Shown: positions 18,448-28,471 of the stretch, piece after piece | How positions within the stretch are numbered: position 1 is the stretch's first letter | How the letters are laid out: every line of letters begins with the position of its first letter | DNA from: a virus | Lineage: Duplodnaviria; Caudoviricetes | Length of the DNA: 52,740 nucleotides | Direction: 5' to 3' (one strand) | IMG/VR virus record: IMGVR_UViG_3300050015_001011 | Span: 1-52,740 of that record | Made by a program: the position numbers and the translations under genes | Notes under the pieces: generated by a model | What the model was told of the DNA's origin: nothing | Database searches by the model: none | What the model saw: only the letters and a program-made list of their open reading frames with translations

Positions 18448-19502
18448 TGAGATTCATTGATACGGCCGATTGGCACTTAACTGCAACCAACAGACTATCT
18501 GATTTTAGTAATTCTATTAATCAGATAGTCTCTTTTGTTAAGAAGAATGAGGTAGATTTTATTCTTCACGCAGGAGATGTGTTTACTAAAAAGACTCCTG
18601 ACAACGCTGCCAGAGAAGTTTTTTATAAGTTTGTAAAAGATGTTTCTATTAAAGTAATTGCTATACCTGGAAATCATGATTCAGATATTCATCATAGTCT
18701 TGCTCCATTGAAATCTCTTGGATTAGACAATCTTATTATTTTAGACACTCTTGGAGATTATACTTTTACTTTAGAAGGTCTTCCCACCGTTTCTATTTTA
18801 TCTATTCCAGATTTATTACCACGTCTTTCTACAGAAAGTATTGAACAAGCCATAGATACTTTTCTTGATGTGAATAAATCTAATTATAAGATAATGCTTG
18901 GTCACTTTTCTGTGATAGGTGCCCAGACTCCTAATTATGTTGTAACAGCTCAAAGTAAAGAATTTGTATTAGCAAGAGAAATTGTGGATAGAAAGGAATT
19001 TGATTACATTGCTCTTGGTCATATTCACCTTAGACAGGACATAGGTAATATTCATTATAGTGGAGGTATAGAAAGGGTAACTTTTGGTGAGAAAGATTAT
19101 GAACCTGGTTTCTATTTTGTAGAAACTGTTGAAAAGGATAAACGCAATTTAACAATTGCAAAGTTTGTCCCTCTTCAAGTAAGGCCTATGGTGGATTTAG
19201 TTTTAGATTCTGAAACTTTTATTGAACAGGTTAAAGCTCTTCCAGATAATGCTGTTGTTAGAATGTTTTATAGTAATGATAGGCAGGTGATTGCTCTTGA
19301 TGATATTAAGAAGTTGTTAGAAGCTAAAGGATGTCTATTAAAAGAACCAGTTAATTTTATTAGAAAATCTGTGGAGAAGGTGGTTGAGGTAAGTTCTTCT
19401 ACTAATACTTGGGAAGACTTAATAAGAGAGGAAATAGAGGGGAGCAAAGATTTAGATAAGACGTTACTTCATAGCCTATTTAATGAAGCTTTAAGATCTT
19501 GA
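18447..19502 (+). CDS. sbcD: SbcD/Mre11 (gp47-like) nuclease
   Basis: DWH, AGDVF, PGNHD, GH, ALGHIH, YSG metallophosphoesterase motifs. Confidence 0.93.
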   Translation: MRFIDTADWHLTATNRLSDFSNSINQIVSFVKKNEVDFILHAGDVFTKKTPDNAAREVFYKFVKDVSIKVIAIPGNHDSDIHHSLAPLKSLGLDNLIILDTLGDYTFTLEGLPTVSILSIPDLLPRLSTESIEQAIDTFLDVNKSNYKIMLGHFSVIGAQTPNYVVTAQSKEFVLAREIVDRKEFDYIALGHIHLRQDIGNIHYSGGIERVTFGEKDYEPGFYFVETVEKDKRNLTIAKFVPLQVRPMVDLVLDSETFIEQVKALPDNAVVRMFYSNDRQVIALDDIKKLLEAKGCLLKEPVNFIRKSVEKVVEVSSSTNTWEDLIREEIEGSKDLDKTLLHSLFNEALRS

Positions 19503-19617
19503 GTTTTACGCGCGTTGTTGGTGCTAAGCATACAAAGATATGTGTCACGTATAATAATGCGTTAAAACAGCGTTAAAAGCGCTTAAAATCAAGGGTTAAC
19601 AGGTGTAGAAAGAGTAC

Positions 19618-21609
19618 ATGAAACTACAAAGACTAGTTTTTGAGAATTTAGGTGGATTTCAAGGTAAAGTAGATGAGCCTTTAGAGAATTTTGATTTTAC
19701 TTATTTCTCTGGCCAAATTGGTTCCGGGAAGAGTTCAATTCCAGATACCATTTCTTGGGTTCTTTTTGATCAAACTATTCGCGGTTTTACGAAGAGTGAA
19801 TGGGTGAATGATAGTTGTGAGAGCGGTTATGCTAAGCTTTTTCTTCGGGATGGAGATTATCTTTATTCAATAAAGAGATTTCGCAATAAAAATACTTGTT
19901 TACTTGAAGTAGAGAGAGCAAATGTTAAAAAAGGTGAAGGTTCAGCCAAAGAAAATTTAACTAGGAAGACGGTTCAGGAAACACAGGAGTTTATAGAGAA
20001 AGAAGTTCTTTGTACTACTTTCGATGTCTTTAGAAATAGTGTTATGTTCGGACAAAATGACATTCTTACTCTTGCTGAAGGAACAGATAAAGATCGAAAG
20101 CAGATTGTAGGGGATATTCTCGGTTTTGAAGGTATTGATGCCTGTTGTGTTAATGTAAGAGCAAAGATGGCTATTGTCAATACTAATCTTACTTTAAAGA
20201 AGACAGTGCTTGAAAGTAAGGAAAGATCTTTTGAAGCTTTGTCTGGTAAGGAAGAAGATATTTTGGAGGTAAAGAAGACTCTTGCATTATTAGAAAAAGA
20301 CCAAATAGATAGAAATAATTTTATTGAGGAGACTAATAAGATAATTTCTGAAGCTGCTCAGATGGCGAGATTGAAAGACTTAAAACAAACTATCAGAGTT
20401 AAAAGTCAGGAGTTACTTGAGGTCGAGAAGAATGTAGCAGGTATAGATGTTTCTTCTTTTGGTGCCATATCTGAACATAAACAAACAGTAGAACAATTGA
20501 TAAAGGATAAGAGTAGTCTTGATGTAGAGATAAGAGTAGCTTCGCAAACTCTTAATACAGATAAGAAGCAATTGTTGAATTTAACTTCTTTTAAAGGTAA
20601 GTGTCCTCTTGATCCATCTGTGCCTTGTACTCAGGATAGAACAGGTTTAATAGCTGATTTACAAGTAAAGATTTTAAATGATGAAGAGAGAATTAGACTT
20701 ATGCAAACATCCGCGGAACCTAAAATAAGAGAGGATTTACAGAAATTTTCAATTAAGGTAAAAGAGTTACTTGATGCACAGGTAGAATATAATAGTTTGT
20801 CAAGACAGAAGAAAGAATATGAAGAGTTTATTGATCGATTAATAAAAGAAAGAGATACTCTTAGTGTTACTACTCCTTCTTTTAAAGATGGTAATACAGT
20901 AGAGCTTTTACAAGTTCAGTTGAAAAGAGTTATTAGTGATAGAGCAGCGATTAGTGTACAAATAAGTGCTTTAAGTAGGCAGATTGGTGGATATGAAGAG
21001 AGATTAAAGACAAAGAAACTTCTTGAAGCGGAGATCGCCATAAATAAAAATGAGATAAAAGATAATTATTTTATCTTACAGCATCTTTCCTTCCTTGAGG
21101 AGCTACTCTCATTAAAAGGTGTAAAAAATCGTATATTAGATCGCGTTATTCCTTTTATGCAACAAGAAGTTAATAACTATCTTTCAATCCTTCTTCCTAA
21201 TGTTGAATTAGATATTGCAACCGTTAAACAAGGTAAGACCGTTTTAAAACAGGAGCTGACTTTTAATATTAAGGATTTAATTAGTAATGTTGTACGAGAT
21301 TTTAAGGGTTGGTCAGGTGGGCAAAAGAAACTTATTTCTTTGGCCTTGCGTCTTGGTTTGTGGAAAACCGCTTTTTATTATAGCAAGAAAAAATTTGAGT
21401 TTTTATTTTTGGATGAAGTATTTGGAGCTTTAGATCCAAAAGACAGAGAAGTACCTCTATCTTTCTTAAAGCGTTTGCAAGAGGAATTAAATATTCCTAT
21501 AGTTGTCATTGATCATATAGAGGAACTTAAAGAAGAGTTTAGACAGATTATAAGTTTTGTAGACACCGGTAGTAAAGGATGTTCTATTGTCGGCAAGGAG
21601 GGTTTCTAG
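19618..21609 (+). CDS. sbcC: SbcC/Rad50 (gp46-like) ABC ATPase
   Basis: Walker A GQIGSGKS, Q-loop FGQ, coiled coil with CPL...C hook, WSGGQ signature, FLDE Walker B, H-loop. Confidence 0.93.
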   Translation: MKLQRLVFENLGGFQGKVDEPLENFDFTYFSGQIGSGKSSIPDTISWVLFDQTIRGFTKSEWVNDSCESGYAKLFLRDGDYLYSIKRFRNKNTCLLEVERANVKKGEGSAKENLTRKTVQETQEFIEKEVLCTTFDVFRNSVMFGQNDILTLAEGTDKDRKQIVGDILGFEGIDACCVNVRAKMAIVNTNLTLKKTVLESKERSFEALSGKEEDILEVKKTLALLEKDQIDRNNFIEETNKIISEAAQMARLKDLKQTIRVKSQELLEVEKNVAGIDVSSFGAISEHKQTVEQLIKDKSSLDVEIRVASQTLNTDKKQLLNLTSFKGKCPLDPSVPCTQDRTGLIADLQVKILNDEERIRLMQTSAEPKIREDLQKFSIKVKELLDAQVEYNSLSRQKKEYEEFIDRLIKERDTLSVTTPSFKDGNTVELLQVQLKRVISDRAAISVQISALSRQIGGYEERLKTKKLLEAEIAINKNEIKDNYFILQHLSFLEELLSLKGVKNRILDRVIPFMQQEVNNYLSILLPNVELDIATVKQGKTVLKQELTFNIKDLISNVVRDFKGWSGGQKKLISLALRLGLWKTAFYYSKKKFEFLFLDEVFGALDPKDREVPLSFLKRLQEELNIPIVVIDHIEELKEEFRQIISFVDTGSKGCSIVGKEGF

Positions 21610-21611
21610 TT

Positions 21612-22844
21612 ATGGAAAGTACACAAGAAAAAAAGAAATTACTTTTTGTTGGACTTCCGCCAACAGCTTTTTTTAGTGGCCAAGGTAGAGTAGCCAGAGC
21701 GCTGACTTTAAGATTTAATGAGGTTTTTGATGTGCGGGTAGCGGGCTGGGGTTGTGATGAACGAGAGGTGAAAAATTTTCCTTTGTTTATTTATCCGAAT
21801 AGCGAAAAGTGGTGGGATATAATTTTAGAATGGAAACCAGATATTTTATTTCTTTCTCATGATTGTTGGCGGTTTCCACAGCTTGTTCAAATAAAGAGGC
21901 AATTTCCTAATTTAAAAATTGTAGGTTATTTTACAATAGATGGTGATCCTATCTCTAAATCTTGGTTTCCTATTTTTGATGCTTGTGATATTATTCTTGT
22001 ACCGTCTCAATGGGGTAAAGATGTGATTTTAGAAAGATATTCATCAAGGCCCGTTTTTGTTATTCCTCAAGGAGTAGAACTTTCTTTCTTTTTTCATCAG
22101 GTCGATAAATTTAAAGTTAAGCAAGAGGTAGATAGGAAGACTAATGAAAATGTAGTAGTTCAGCACAATAAACTTCTTTTACAGGATAAGTTCATTATTT
22201 CATTTTCTGGAATGAATCAGACAAAAAAGAATATTGGCGCTCTTCTTGATGGTTTTCAGGAGTTTTCAAAGAATAAGGAGACTTTTCTTTTCTTAGTTAC
22301 TCATTCTTATGTAGCAAATATATTTGGAGCGGAGGTTCTTTCTGATTATGATTTTTCAGATTCTTTTTCTTGGAAGAAAGCATCATCTAAATTTAAGATC
22401 GTAGACAGACGTCTTTCAGAAAATGATTTACTTAATATCTATCTTGCTTCTGATCTTTTATTATGTCCTTCAATTGGAGAAGGTTTTGGATTATTTGTAT
22501 TAGAAGCTATGGCTACTGGAACCATTCCAATGATATCTTATTATTCCGCTTTTACAGAACTACCAGCAAAAGATTCCTGTTTCTTTTTACAACCAGCAGC
22601 TTTTCATAGAAATTCCTGGAATATAAAGAGGGCTATTATTTCTGCTGAGGAGGTAGCAAAGAAATTAGAGATAGCCTACAATATGTGGCTAAATGTTCCT
22701 AGTGCTTGGACAGCTATGCAGGAAAGGAATTGGTTGAAAGTAAAAGATTATAGTTGGGATGCCTGTGCGATTAATATTTTAAAACTATTATTAGATTTAG
22801 ATAAGGGAACAGATTTTTTTGATGTCGAAGTGAGAAAATTATAA
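21612..22844 (+). CDS. GT-B glycosyltransferase (GT4-like)
   Basis: SGQGRV, VPSQW, PQGV, NQTKKN, PSIGEGFGLFVLEAMATG. Confidence 0.9.
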   Translation: MESTQEKKKLLFVGLPPTAFFSGQGRVARALTLRFNEVFDVRVAGWGCDEREVKNFPLFIYPNSEKWWDIILEWKPDILFLSHDCWRFPQLVQIKRQFPNLKIVGYFTIDGDPISKSWFPIFDACDIILVPSQWGKDVILERYSSRPVFVIPQGVELSFFFHQVDKFKVKQEVDRKTNENVVVQHNKLLLQDKFIISFSGMNQTKKNIGALLDGFQEFSKNKETFLFLVTHSYVANIFGAEVLSDYDFSDSFSWKKASSKFKIVDRRLSENDLLNIYLASDLLLCPSIGEGFGLFVLEAMATGTIPMISYYSAFTELPAKDSCFFLQPAAFHRNSWNIKRAIISAEEVAKKLEIAYNMWLNVPSAWTAMQERNWLKVKDYSWDACAINILKLLLDLDKGTDFFDVEVRKL

Positions 22845-22938
22845 TGAGCATCTTAAATAGTGGATATGTTGATGGAAGGAAATTATTTAGTAAATCATTT
22901 AATATTTATGTTACTAAGAAAAATAATAAGGGGATCGA

Positions 22939-24051
22939 ATGGTAGAAGAATTATTATATCTTGCTCCTACAAGTGGAGCAGGCGGCTATGAGGTCCATTC
23001 AAGAGGAGTACTACGAGAACTTTATCGTTCAGGTATTCTTATTCAGCATGTCTGTCTGCCGTTTGATGGAAGACCAGTAAAAAAGACGGCTGAGATGACA
23101 AAAATTTTAGAGGAGACGCAAAAGAATAAAGTCTCTCCTTTTGCACCTGCCTTGTGGCTAACCCTGCCTTCAAATGTTAAATATATTCCGGGCAGAAGCA
23201 TGATTAATTTTGCTGCATGGGAAGCTGATAGAATATGTCCTGAATGGGTGATGGCTGGAAGAGCGAGTGATTTAACTATTGTTCCCACAAAGTTTCTTAA
23301 ACAGGTATGGATAGATTCAGGTGTTCCAGAAGATAAAGTTGAAGCTGTTCCAGAAGGAACAGACTTATCTATATTTAATAGCGCTATTGAGCCTCTTCCT
23401 TTAAGATATAGAGATAAACCTCTTATAGATACTTTTCAATATAGATTTCTTTCTGTGCTGCAGCTATCTAATAGAAAGAATGTACGAAACCTAATTGTTT
23501 CTTTTATAAAAGCTTTTGAAAATAGGAAGGATGTGTGTCTTATATTAAAAGTTTCTTATATGGATAGAGAGAAAGATTTGGATTATTATATAGGAGATCT
23601 TGATCTTTCGAAGCACAATATTTTTGTTTGTGATCAGATGCTTCCAGAAAATATGATGGGTGCCTTGTTGGCTAATGCCACTCACTACTATACTTTATCC
23701 TGTGGTGAAGGGTGGGATTTATCTTGTGTAGATGCGGGCGCAATGGGAAAAGTTATTGTAGCTCCTTTTCATACAGCCTATACAGAATATTTAAATGACG
23801 ATCGAGCTTATTTAATAAAAGATAATAAGAGAGCAGAAGCAGTTCAAAATAATGTTCTTGATACTCTTTTTAAAGGTTCTTTTTGGTTTGTTCCAAATGG
23901 CGAAGAGGCAGTGGAAGTTCTTAGGGAATCTGTAAAAGATGAAAGTAAGTATAGGCAGAAGGCGAAGAATTTTTCTTCTTATATAAAAGAAAATTTAACT
24001 TGGGAAAAATCTGGAGAGAAATTAATGGAGGTGCTGCATGGGAGATTCTAA
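22939..24051 (+). CDS. GT-B glycosyltransferase (GT4-like)
   Basis: GGY, WE, VPT, PEGTD, NRKN, SCGEGWDL. Confidence 0.88.
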   Translation: MVEELLYLAPTSGAGGYEVHSRGVLRELYRSGILIQHVCLPFDGRPVKKTAEMTKILEETQKNKVSPFAPALWLTLPSNVKYIPGRSMINFAAWEADRICPEWVMAGRASDLTIVPTKFLKQVWIDSGVPEDKVEAVPEGTDLSIFNSAIEPLPLRYRDKPLIDTFQYRFLSVLQLSNRKNVRNLIVSFIKAFENRKDVCLILKVSYMDREKDLDYYIGDLDLSKHNIFVCDQMLPENMMGALLANATHYYTLSCGEGWDLSCVDAGAMGKVIVAPFHTAYTEYLNDDRAYLIKDNKRAEAVQNNVLDTLFKGSFWFVPNGEEAVEVLRESVKDESKYRQKAKNFSSYIKENLTWEKSGEKLMEVLHGRF

Positions 24052-24517
24052 AAAATTAATACCTTTATATTTTTATGAGGTTGGTTATAATTCCGAAGAA
24101 GGTAGTTCCAGTACTTCATTAGTTAGTGATCAAGAAGTATCGCAAGATGATTTTGAGAAGCTTTGTATTGAAGCGTGCAACGCAGCTTTAAAAAATTTAT
24201 TAGGTGCAAATAAAAACCATTTAGGTTATTATGATAAGCTTGATGAAAAGGCTTATATAAGTTTTGAGTATCTTGTTGATGGGATGGTAGAAGAGCTTGC
24301 GAAGAAAGGGTTTAATCGAGTGACGTTTAAGGCAAATTTCTTTCCGTTTGGTTGGGGTAATCTTTTTGATAGGGAAGATTGGAAAGACCATAGAGATGAT
24401 TTGGATTATCGTTTAATAGACGGTTTAGATAAAGAAGTAATTGAAAAGATAACCCAAAAGATGAAAGCGAAATTTATAAAAGAAGAGGACAAAGATAATG
24501 AATATACTAATACTTAA
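24038..24517 (+). CDS. Hypothetical acidic protein
   Basis: ORF with GGAGG RBS overlapping the GT stop. Confidence 0.55.
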   Translation: MGDSKKLIPLYFYEVGYNSEEGSSSTSLVSDQEVSQDDFEKLCIEACNAALKNLLGANKNHLGYYDKLDEKAYISFEYLVDGMVEELAKKGFNRVTFKANFFPFGWGNLFDREDWKDHRDDLDYRLIDGLDKEVIEKITQKMKAKFIKEEDKDNEYTNT

Positions 24518-25226
24518 AGATCTGTTCAATTTTATTACTAAAATATTCCGTCCAGTATTCCCTATTAAAATTTACTTTAGAGTTACAGCTTCTACAAAGA
24601 GTTGTTAAGTTTTTAGGGGTACAGTTCAACTTATTATAATCAATGTGATGAACAATAAAAGTTTTATCTTTTTGTGTTGCAGAACATTTTTGACAAGTAT
24701 AATTATCTCTTATTCTGATAGTTTCTTTAAAAGGAGGAGTCCATTCTATAGAATATGGTAAAAGAGATATTCCTCCTTGCCAATGAGGACTTTTTTCTCC
24801 TACGTATCTTCCTGTCATTGCTTTAGCTAGAGTTGTTTTGGTTTCTTTAGTGTGATGCTTATTTTTAAATCCAGAAACTAATAATCCTAATTTATAGAGA
24901 GCAAGCTTAATCTTAGAACAGGATTTAGCATTCTTTTTAACTCTTTCATCTGTTTCTTGTTTGAGGCTCTTGTTCCAAGGAATATTTCCTTTTTTCCAGG
25001 TACTTTTATTAGGAGGGTGGCTTTTCCCTTTCATGTGGTGTCCCTTAATATATTTTTGGTTGGACCTAACTTCACATTCAAAGGATTCATGATCGGGACA
25101 ACTACATATTCTAGTTTCAAGAATATGAATTTCGGGATTATAATTTGGATGTTGTCCAGAAGCAAATTTTCCTGTGAGAGTTTTAGATATTTTAGCTCTT
25201 ATTTTTAGTGATCTTTTTTTAAACAT
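24507..25226 (-). CDS. Free-standing HNH endonuclease (paralog of 11173-11871)
   Basis: ETRICSCPDHE.F.C...KYIKGH, PWNK, HTKETK, RDNYTCQKC...VHHIDY...NLTTLCRSCN. Confidence 0.85.
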   Translation of the reverse strand: MFKKRSLKIRAKISKTLTGKFASGQHPNYNPEIHILETRICSCPDHESFECEVRSNQKYIKGHHMKGKSHPPNKSTWKKGNIPWNKSLKQETDERVKKNAKSCSKIKLALYKLGLLVSGFKNKHHTKETKTTLAKAMTGRYVGEKSPHWQGGISLLPYSIEWTPPFKETIRIRDNYTCQKCSATQKDKTFIVHHIDYNKLNCTPKNLTTLCRSCNSKVNFNREYWTEYFSNKIEQIFKY

Positions 25227-25305
25227 ATAATTGTCCCTTATATAAAATAATTGAGAAAATCAGGGAAATTATTGATATTCTTTGTGTAATAATTAAAGGA
25301 GGAAA

Positions 25306-26031
25306 GTGAACGTTTTAATCTTGAACGGCGGCAGAAATCTTAGAATGGATGGTAGTCCTAAATGTTTGACCTTTATAAAAGGAAGAACTATTTTTGAGTG
25401 GCAGTATAGATGGTTAAACAGCAGAAAGAAATTTTTGGATGATCCTCTTAATATTTGCGTTGCTATCGGCGGAAATAAAGTGTTGGAGGATTATTTTAAG
25501 AATAGTTTTAGAGAGTCTCTTTTTTCTGGCTCTTCTTTTTCTTCTATTAAAACTTTTGGAGAAGTTGAACCTCTTGGGGATGCAGGAGCTATTAGATATT
25601 ATTTAGAAAATTATGTTGTTGAAGGAAATTTTTTAGTGCTGAATGGTGATACTCTTTCTTTTTATAATTTAGAAGATTTTGTTTCTTTTTCTGATAGTAA
25701 TTATTTTGAATACGGAACTATTGTTATTAAACCGTTTGTAGTGCATTTAGGTTTATTACAGACTGAGGTTGGTAAAATAAAAAGTTTTAGAGAAAAACCT
25801 TTGTTGGAAGAGTATAGTATAAGTTGTGGAACTTATATGCTACATAGTAGAATATTGGATGCACTTCCTAAAAAGGGTGATCTTGCTAAAGATGTTATTG
25901 CTGAGAATATCGATAAGTTTTTTACGTATAGTATTAAATCCGATGAATGGTGCGCAGTGGAATCAAAGAAGGATACTGATTTTGCAGAGAATTTAATTTA
26001 TAGACATTTATTTAAAACTTTTAAGGATTAG
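25306..26031 (+). CDS. Sugar-phosphate nucleotidyltransferase (NTP_transferase family)
   Basis: ILNGG..LRM...PKCL, EPLGDAGAI, VLNGD, FREKP. Confidence 0.9.
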   Translation: MNVLILNGGRNLRMDGSPKCLTFIKGRTIFEWQYRWLNSRKKFLDDPLNICVAIGGNKVLEDYFKNSFRESLFSGSSFSSIKTFGEVEPLGDAGAIRYYLENYVVEGNFLVLNGDTLSFYNLEDFVSFSDSNYFEYGTIVIKPFVVHLGLLQTEVGKIKSFREKPLLEEYSISCGTYMLHSRILDALPKKGDLAKDVIAENIDKFFTYSIKSDEWCAVESKKDTDFAENLIYRHLFKTFKD

Positions 26032-26045
26032 AAGAAAGGACTGCA

Positions 26046-26263
26046 ATGAACACGGAATATAAAGATCTTTTAAGTGTTGCGAGGGGAAGTTTTCGGCTGC
26101 TGTTGAACTTATTGATGATGCCATTCTTATTGTAAATGAAGTGAACAATAAGATAGGTTTAAAAGATATTTATGTAAAGGAAGCAGAATTATATTTCTTT
26201 TCTCAAGTATTAAGAACATTAAAAGAATTAGAAGGAACAGCTGCTAGTGTAAAGGAGAATTAG
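26046..26263 (+). pseudogene. Frameshifted small ORF (or sequencing indel)
   Basis: ATG 26046 with RBS reads to an early stop; the -1 frame from about 26081 stays open to TAG 26263, abutting the next ATG. Confidence 0.5.
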
Positions 26264-27136
26264 ATGAGCCAGATTTACTATTGTTCTATGATTCAGAATC
26301 GTAGGTGGGAAGTTAAAAGTTGTATAGATAGAGTTCTTCCCTATGTAGATAAGATAATTCTTGTGGATGGCGGCTCGGTGGATGATTCTATTGTTTATTT
26401 TCGTAATTTAGAAAAGGAAGAGCCAAAGTTAGAGTTTTATTTATGTCCTTGGCGCGATAATTTTCCAATGCAAAGAAATAAGTATTTGCAACATGTTCCT
26501 GAAGGTAATTGGGTAATAGTAAGCGACCCAGATGAATTATTTTTAGAAGATACTTGTAAAGAGTGGAGAAGATTAGCAGATGAGGCGGAAGCCGAAAAAT
26601 TAGAGTGGAACGGCTATTCTTTCCGAGCAAATGATATCACATTATCCGGTGAAAAGGTAGTTTGTAGTAGTAAACCAGAAAATTCTAGAAAGCCTTTAAT
26701 GTTTTGGAAATACTCTTCAACAAAATATTTAGAAGAACGTAATCCTCATGAGCAGTTAGTGTGCGCTGAAGGATATCGTTATAAGAGCACCGATTTGTTT
26801 TATCAACATCTTAAACAAGATAGAGTTACTTGGGTAAGAGGTTGTAGGAATTTCTTTATTGGAGGTGGGGGGCCTAATTTAGGTGCCAGCAATCCTATAT
26901 GGATGCCTTTTAGAGAATTGGTTGTTAGAAAAACTCGAATCACTAAGTGGGATGAATTTAATAATTATTTAATTAGAGGAAGTATAGATAAGGATATTAA
27001 ACAGAAGTTTATTGAGTTTCGTTTGATTACTGGTTTTGACGGGAGTTCGGAACTTCGTGAATGCTACAAATATTATTTTAGAATATTGCATCCAGAAGAA
27101 GAACCGGAAGAGTTAAGAGGAGAGCGGATACAATAA
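26264..27136 (+). CDS. GT-A glycosyltransferase (GT2-like)
   Basis: VDGGSVD, QRN, SDPDE (DxD), PHE, HLK. Confidence 0.85.
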   Translation: MSQIYYCSMIQNRRWEVKSCIDRVLPYVDKIILVDGGSVDDSIVYFRNLEKEEPKLEFYLCPWRDNFPMQRNKYLQHVPEGNWVIVSDPDELFLEDTCKEWRRLADEAEAEKLEWNGYSFRANDITLSGEKVVCSSKPENSRKPLMFWKYSSTKYLEERNPHEQLVCAEGYRYKSTDLFYQHLKQDRVTWVRGCRNFFIGGGGPNLGASNPIWMPFRELVVRKTRITKWDEFNNYLIRGSIDKDIKQKFIEFRLITGFDGSSELRECYKYYFRILHPEEEPEELRGERIQ

Positions 27137-27144
27137 GGAGGAGA

Positions 27145-27786
27145 ATGAAACTATTAGATAAGATTAATCAGAAGATTTTAAGGATTATTTTTCTTGGTGA
27201 GATAAGGATTCTTGATAATCGAGAGATATGGAGAAAGTTTTTAAAAGAACAAAAAGATAAGATTGAAATAAAAAGAGGTGTTTTTAGGGAGGCAAGGAAA
27301 ATTTTTCTGTTTAAAAGGAATCTCGAAAGAATAAAGAAAGATAAATTAGCAGAAAGTTATATGAGCCAGATGGTAGAAGTTCTTAAAGAAGATCCTTGTA
27401 TAATTTATGGTGCAGAACAACCAAAAGTTAGAACTAGATTTTCAGATCGCACAACTGTTTCAGAGCAGCGGAGGAGATATGGCTTGCAGGAGACAAGTGA
27501 GGAGCATTGGAAACATTGTTCATGGAATCCTAATAGAGAGAAAGAGGTAGAGCAACCTACTCAGTTTAAAGTGGGTTGCAAAGTAAGGTTAAAAGAGAAG
27601 AAGGCCCCATACTGCGATTTTCTTCATTTAACTGATGGTGTTGGCTATACTGTACTAGAGGTTGGGTCTGATCAAGTGCTTATTGTGGATGATCTTAAAA
27701 TTAAAAATTGGTACCATAAAAAATGGTTTGTTTTGTATTTAGTAATTGCGGAGAAAAATGAAAAAGAAAAGAGTAACGAGAAGTAA
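27145..27786 (+). CDS. Hypothetical protein with SH3-like C-terminus
   Basis: FKVGCKVRLK...YTVLEV...W pattern. Confidence 0.5.
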   Translation: MKLLDKINQKILRIIFLGEIRILDNREIWRKFLKEQKDKIEIKRGVFREARKIFLFKRNLERIKKDKLAESYMSQMVEVLKEDPCIIYGAEQPKVRTRFSDRTTVSEQRRRYGLQETSEEHWKHCSWNPNREKEVEQPTQFKVGCKVRLKEKKAPYCDFLHLTDGVGYTVLEVGSDQVLIVDDLKIKNWYHKKWFVLYLVIAEKNEKEKSNEK

Positions 27787-27890
27787 AGCTGAGTGTAGAA
27801 AAGTGGCTTATGCTGCCATGTTTCTTGTTTTTGATACCGATTGGCTAATTGATATGTTGATTGATATGAGAAAGGAGAAGGAGCGTAAAA

Positions 27891-28460
27891 ATGAATGTTA
27901 GTGCAGTAATTATTGCTGTAAACGAAGAAGGCTGTATTCAGAAATGTTTAGATAGTGTTCAGAGCCATGTGGATGAAGTTGTAGTTATTGATGGCGGTTC
28001 TATTGATCAAACACAACGTATTTGTAGAGATAATGGCTGCAGAGTTATTACAAATATTTTTGATGGTTATTTCGGAAATCAAAGAAATTTTGGTATAATA
28101 AATAGTAAGGGAAGATGGATTCTTTCCGTGGATGCAGATGAAGTTTTTGAAGAAAGTTTTTGGCTTGATTTTCCTAAATTAATTGGTCAAGAAGTTATTG
28201 ATGCTTTTAAGTTTCCACGAAAGAATTATCTTGATGGCGTATTAGATGAAAAACATTATCCTGATTTTCAAGTAAGGCTTTTTAGAAGGTATTGTAGGTG
28301 GGTTTTACCTGTACACGAAGAATTAGTAGGATGTAAAGATATACAAGAAGTTCCTTATCATATTATTCACGAAAAGAATTTGATAAGGTACACTGAACGT
28401 AATACTTATTATAATGAAACTATTAAATCTCTTTACGCGGAAGATTTTCCGGGGAAATAA
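27891..28460 (+). CDS. GT-A glycosyltransferase (GT2, beta-1,4-glucosyltransferase-like)
   Basis: NEE..I..CLDSV, IDGGSID, QRNF, VDADE, PD.Q.RLF, VHE. Confidence 0.92.
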   Translation: MNVSAVIIAVNEEGCIQKCLDSVQSHVDEVVVIDGGSIDQTQRICRDNGCRVITNIFDGYFGNQRNFGIINSKGRWILSVDADEVFEESFWLDFPKLIGQEVIDAFKFPRKNYLDGVLDEKHYPDFQVRLFRRYCRWVLPVHEELVGCKDIQEVPYHIIHEKNLIRYTERNTYYNETIKSLYAEDFPGK

Positions 28461-28471
28461 ATAAGGTTAAA

